Source: Actinomycetota bacterium | GTDB lineage: Bacteria > Actinomycetota > Thermoleophilia > Gaiellales > Gaiellaceae | Direction: 5' to 3' | DNA length: 64,000 nt | Assembly: GCA_046734335.1 (NCBI GenBank) | Contig: JBKPRA010000122.1 | Location: 3,901-67,900, forward strand | Shown here: piece after piece, positions 60,719 to 64,000 of the stretch | How positions within the stretch are numbered: the first letter of the stretch is position 1 | Layout of the letters: each line of letters starts with the position of its first letter | Translations under genes and position numbers: made by a program | Notes under the pieces: generated by a model | The model's input: the letters and a program-made list of their open reading frames with translations, nothing else | Databases searched by the model: none | Told to the model about the DNA's origin: nothing

Positions 60719-61861
60719 TTGGACCTCTACGAGTACCAGGGCAAAGAGCTTTTCCGCCGCGCGGGAATCCCCGTCTCCGACGGCCGGCTCGCCGAGACCG
60801 CTGCCGAGGCCCGGGCGGCCGCCGAGGAGCTCGGTGGCGCGGTGGTCGTGAAGGCGCAGGTGCTCACCGGCGGGCGCGGGAAGGCAGGCGGGATCAAGCT
60901 CGCCGAGTCGCCGGAGGAGGTGGAGGCACGCGCCGAGGAGATTCTCGGCCTCGACATCCGCGGTCACGTCGTTCGCAGGCTCTGGATCGAGAAGGCCTCA
61001 GACATCGCGAAGGAGTACTACCTCTCCGTCACCTTCGACCGCGGCGCGAAGAAGCCGCTGCTCATGTTCACGACGCAGGGCGGCGTGGACATCGAGGAGG
61101 TCGCTGCGTCGTCGCCGAACGCCCTGGTGAAGCTGCACGTCGATCCGTTCGAGGGCTTTCAACCTTGGCATGCGCGCGCGCTGGTGTACGGCGCCGGGGT
61201 CGACGAGCCGGACGAGCAGAAGCAGATCGCCGCGATCACCGGCCGCCTCTACTCGGCGTTCGTCGAGCAGGACGCGATGCTGTGCGAGATCAATCCGCTG
61301 ATCGTCACGCCTACCGGCGAAGTGAAGGCGCTCGATTCGAAGTTCACGGTCGACGACAACGCGCTGTTCCGGCACCCGGACGTGGCCGAGATGCGCGACC
61401 CGGAGGCCTATCCGCCCGAGGAGCGCGCGGCGCGTGAGAAGGGCGTCACCTACGTGAAGCTCGACGGCGAGGTAGGCATTCTCGGGAACGGTGCTGGGCT
61501 CGTCATGTCAACGCTCGACGTGATCGTGCTGGTCGGCGGAAGCCCCGCAAATTTTTGCGACCTCGGCGGCGGTGGTGACGCGCAGGGGGTCGTCGACGCG
61601 CTCGAGATCATCACCGGTGACGCGCAGGTGAAGGCGATCCTGTTCAACATCTTCGGCGGGATCACGCGCTGCGACGAGGTCGCGCGGGGGATCCTGCAGG
61701 CGCTCGGTCAGATGGAGATCCCGCACCCGATCGTCGTCCGGCTCGACGGGACGAACGCCGCGGAGGGGCGGAAGCTGCTCGAGGAGGCGGCGCCGCCGAA
61801 CCTGTACGTCGAGCCGACGATGCTGGAGGCGGCGCAGCGCGCAGTGGAGCTTGCGGGATGA
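60719..61861 (+). CDS. sucC: succinyl-CoA synthetase beta subunit
   Basis: LDLYEYQGKELFRRAGIPV, VVKAQVLTGGRGKAGGIK and NIFGGITRCDEVA. The start is TTG 60719. Confidence 0.9.
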   Translation: MDLYEYQGKELFRRAGIPVSDGRLAETAAEARAAAEELGGAVVVKAQVLTGGRGKAGGIKLAESPEEVEARAEEILGLDIRGHVVRRLWIEKASDIAKEYYLSVTFDRGAKKPLLMFTTQGGVDIEEVAASSPNALVKLHVDPFEGFQPWHARALVYGAGVDEPDEQKQIAAITGRLYSAFVEQDAMLCEINPLIVTPTGEVKALDSKFTVDDNALFRHPDVAEMRDPEAYPPEERAAREKGVTYVKLDGEVGILGNGAGLVMSTLDVIVLVGGSPANFCDLGGGGDAQGVVDALEIITGDAQVKAILFNIFGGITRCDEVARGILQALGQMEIPHPIVVRLDGTNAAEGRKLLEEAAPPNLYVEPTMLEAAQRAVELAG

Positions 61862-62493
61862 CGGACGTGTGGTCGGAGAGGGCGCAGGCCTACCGCGAGA
61901 GTGAGGCCCACCGTGACGGCCGCGACCTCGACCTGATCGTCGAGTGGGCAGCGGGCGCGCAGACGGCGCTCGACGTCGCCACTGGCGGCGGCCACGTTGC
62001 GCGCCGGCTGCGCGAGGCCGGCCTGAAGGTGGTCACGACGGACGCCGCCCCAGGAATGGAGCCGGATGTGATCTGCAGGAGCGAGGAGCTCCCGTTCGCG
62101 GACGGCAGCTTCGATGTGGTCGTCTGCCGTGTGGCCGCGCACCACTTCGACGAGCCCGCGCTCGCCGTGCGGGAGATGTCCCGTGTCAGCGGTGGGCTTG
62201 TCCTGATCTCCGACAACCTCCACGGCGGCGAGCAGCTCGAGGAGGCAGAGAAGCTGCGCGACCCGACGCACGTGCGCAACTACACCGAGCAGGAGTGGCG
62301 TGCGTACCTCGAGGACACCGGTGCTCGGGTCGAGGTCGTCGAGGCGATACGGCACCCGATCGAGCTGGAGCCGTGGCTCACGCGCGCCGGTTGCTCGGCC
62401 GAGGACGCCGCGCGCGTCCGCGAGCTCGTCGCCGGCCGGGTCGAGGGAACCAAGGTCGTGCTCGACCGGATCGTGATCAAGGCGGTGAAGTAG
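61858..62493 (+). CDS. class I SAM-dependent methyltransferase (Methyltransf_11-like)
   Basis: ALDVATGGGHVARRL (SAM motif I) and FDVVVCRVAAHHF. ATGA overlap with the sucC stop, and a 1-nt overlap with the sucD start. Confidence 0.75.
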   Translation: MTDVWSERAQAYRESEAHRDGRDLDLIVEWAAGAQTALDVATGGGHVARRLREAGLKVVTTDAAPGMEPDVICRSEELPFADGSFDVVVCRVAAHHFDEPALAVREMSRVSGGLVLISDNLHGGEQLEEAEKLRDPTHVRNYTEQEWRAYLEDTGARVEVVEAIRHPIELEPWLTRAGCSAEDAARVRELVAGRVEGTKVVLDRIVIKAVK

Positions 62494-63368
62494 TGGCGAT
62501 CGTCGTCGACCGCGACACGAAGCTGGTCGTCCAGGGCCTGACCGGGCGCGAGGGCACCTTCCACGGGCTACGCAATCGTGCGTACGGCACGCAGCTGGTG
62601 GCCGGGGTGACGCCGGGCAAGGGCGGACAAGACGTGGAGGGCGTGCCCGTCTTCGACACCGTCGCAGAGGCCGTGGCGGAGACCGGCGCGAACACCACGA
62701 TGATCTTCGTCCCTGCGCGCTTCGCGACCGACGCCGTCTACGAGGCGGTCGACGCAGGGATCGCCACGGTGATCTGCATCGCCGAGGGTCTGGCCGCGCA
62801 CGACATGCTGCGGGTCTACAACTACATCCGTCCGCGCGGCGTCACCATGCTCGGCCCCAACTGCCCGGGCGCGCTGTCGCCGGGCAAGGCCAACGTCGGG
62901 ATCATCCCGGCGGAGATCTTCACCCCCGGCTCCGTCGGGCTCGTCTCCCGGTCGGGCACGTTGACGTACCAGATCGGCCACGAACTGACGGGGCTCGGGC
63001 TGGGCAACTCGACAATCGTCGGGATCGGCGGCGACCCCATCGTCGGCTCCTCGTTCATCGACGTGCTTGCGAAGTTCGAGGCGGATCCAGAGACCGAGAT
63101 GGTCGTCATGGTCGGCGAGATCGGAGGCGACGAAGAGGAGAAGGCGGCGCAGTTCATCGCCGCCGAGATGTCGAAGCCCGTGGTGGCGTACATCGCCGGC
63201 TTCAGCGCGCCGCCCGGCAAGACGATGGGCCATGCCGGCGCGATCATCACAGGCTCCTCCGGTACCGCGCAGGCGAAGAAGGAAGCGCTGGAGGCGAACG
63301 GCGTCCGGGTCGGCACTTCGCCGACCGAAGCGGCGCAGACGGCCGCCGAGGTGCTCCGCGGGGCCTAG
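62493..63368 (+). CDS. sucD: succinyl-CoA synthetase alpha subunit
   Basis: KLVVQGLTGREGTFH, SRSGTLTYQ and GHAGAIITG (active-site His). The start is GTG 62493. Confidence 0.9.
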   Translation: MAIVVDRDTKLVVQGLTGREGTFHGLRNRAYGTQLVAGVTPGKGGQDVEGVPVFDTVAEAVAETGANTTMIFVPARFATDAVYEAVDAGIATVICIAEGLAAHDMLRVYNYIRPRGVTMLGPNCPGALSPGKANVGIIPAEIFTPGSVGLVSRSGTLTYQIGHELTGLGLGNSTIVGIGGDPIVGSSFIDVLAKFEADPETEMVVMVGEIGGDEEEKAAQFIAAEMSKPVVAYIAGFSAPPGKTMGHAGAIITGSSGTAQAKKEALEANGVRVGTSPTEAAQTAAEVLRGA

Positions 63369-63550
63369 TCCGCAGGCTGTCGCTGGGTGGGGCCTGCAGG
63401 ACGAAGCGATCGGCCGCGCCAATCGGCGCCGTCGCCAACGAATCGGCGCAGAATCGACACAGGCGCGCGAGCCCTGCTCCGGTAGCGTCGCCCGCAGGGG
63501 AAAGGGGCCAGCCCCCACCCTGGGCGGGGGTCTGGAGTATCGCGCCCGAT

Positions 63551-63556
63551 TAGACT
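63551..63556 (+). promoter_or_regulatory. -10-like box TAGACT, 6 nt upstream of the aminotransferase GTG
   Basis: tagactggagtcGTGgcc, matching the radA upstream string at 16 of 18 positions. Confidence 0.45.
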
Positions 63557-63562
63557 GGAGTC

Positions 63563-64000
63563 GTGGCCGTGATCTCCTTCGCGCGCGGCGTGCCTGCGCC
63601 GGACTGCCTGCCCGTGGAGCAGGTCGCCGAGTGTGCCCGCGCCGTCGTCGAGCGTGACGGCAAGACGATCCTCAACTACGGCCCTGTCGGCGGCTACGAG
63701 CCGCTTCGGGAATGGGTCGCGGCGCGGCACGGCGTCCAGCCGACGCAGGTGTTGATCACGAACGGGTCGCTCCAGGGGCTGTCCCTGATCGCGGATCTGC
63801 TGGTCGAGCCCGGAGGCCGCGTCTTGGTCGAGGGGCCCACCTACGACCGGGCGCTGCACATCACGACCCGGCACCACGGCGAGCCCGTCGTCGTCCCGAC
63901 CGACGACGAGGGCCTCGATCCCGACGCGCTCGAGCTGCCGGCCGCGTTCCTGTACGCGATTCCGACGTTCCAGAATCCGAGCGGCCGGACACTCTCCCTG
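63563..64000 (+). CDS. PLP-dependent aminotransferase, class I/II (2-aminoadipate/aromatic aminotransferase-like), N-terminal fragment; 3' end outside window
   Basis: The open frame runs to the window end: VAVISFARGVPAPDCLP...LNYGPVGGYEPLREWVAARHGV..VLITNGSLQGLSLIADLL...AIPTFQNPSGRTLS. Confidence 0.7.
   Translation, partial: MAVISFARGVPAPDCLPVEQVAECARAVVERDGKTILNYGPVGGYEPLREWVAARHGVQPTQVLITNGSLQGLSLIADLLVEPGGRVLVEGPTYDRALHITTRHHGEPVVVPTDDEGLDPDALELPAAFLYAIPTFQNPSGRTLSL

Noticed and set aside
63369-63550. The 194-nt sucD-aminotransferase spacer as a possible riboswitch or sRNA. It has nested GC stems ggcgcg...cgcgcc and ccctgc...gcaggg, and a direct repeat AATCGGCGC x2 at about 63420 and 63443.
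   Set aside because: I recognise no known RNA family, and GC-rich DNA forms such stems trivially. I kept only the palindrome and the -10 box. The spacer is worth an Rfam scan but is not supportable by eye.

Overview
Gene-dense, very GC-rich (about 70% by eye, not computed) bacterial chromosomal segment with about 65 protein genes and 1 tRNA. I saw no rRNA, CRISPR, transposase, integrase or phage genes. Gene content and order suggest a deep-branching Actinomycetota-like organism (Thermoleophilia/Rubrobacteria type); this is inference only. Layout: (i) 1-21.2 kb is a cell-surface glycan locus. It holds a minus-strand sugar-nucleotide operon (C-methyltransferase, rfbF, PIG-L deacetylase, three SDRs, nucleotide-sugar dehydrogenase, SAF-domain oxidoreductase, FkbM methyltransferase), four glycosyltransferases, a priming phosphoglycosyl transferase, a glycoside hydrolase and a 1438-aa secreted PQQ-dehydrogenase/PKD repeat protein. 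(ii) 21.3-25.4 kb carries sbp-cysTWA plus an Rrf2 regulator. (iii) 25.5-32.5 kb carries clpC-radA-carD-ispD-(PHP phosphatase)-ispF. (iv) 32.5-44 kb is mixed: MarR, beta-propeller, GNAT, a DLH-mutY-CMD-AhpD-like operon, yceH-like, quinone oxidoreductase, ATP-grasp plus MprF-flippase-like protein, a frameshifted ROK kinase and an L,D-transpeptidase. (v) 44.1-48.4 kb carries a short gltX-like gene, cysS, rlmB, yacP, a Bacillus-type sigH-like gene and tRNA-Thr. (vi) 48.4-56.7 kb carries a PLP enzyme, MFS transporter, acyl-CoA carboxylase genes, NlpC/P60 and pgsA. (vii) 56.6-59.8 kb is an operon of ABC exporter, Asp-rich repeat ORF and JmjC/cupin oxygenase. (viii) The rest is DUF1028, sucC-methyltransferase-sucD and an aminotransferase fragment. 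Main findings: (1) an in-frame TGA sits exactly at the second Cys of an AhpD-type CPxC-xxx-H motif and is followed by a GGUC-tetraloop hairpin at fdhF-like spacing, making this a candidate selenoprotein; (2) a strongly SD-driven Asp-rich repeat ORF abuts, one frame off, a JmjC oxygenase whose conserved N-terminus has no canonical start, all behind an ABC exporter; (3) a recurrent TANNNT (often TAGGCT/TAGACT) box lies 6-7 nt upstream of many start codons, implying pervasive leaderless transcription and allowing start reassignments; (4) two genes apparently need CTG starts. Many ORFs in the supplied track are GC-rich shadow ORFs and are ignored. All function calls rest on motif recognition by eye; no searches or folding programs were run.
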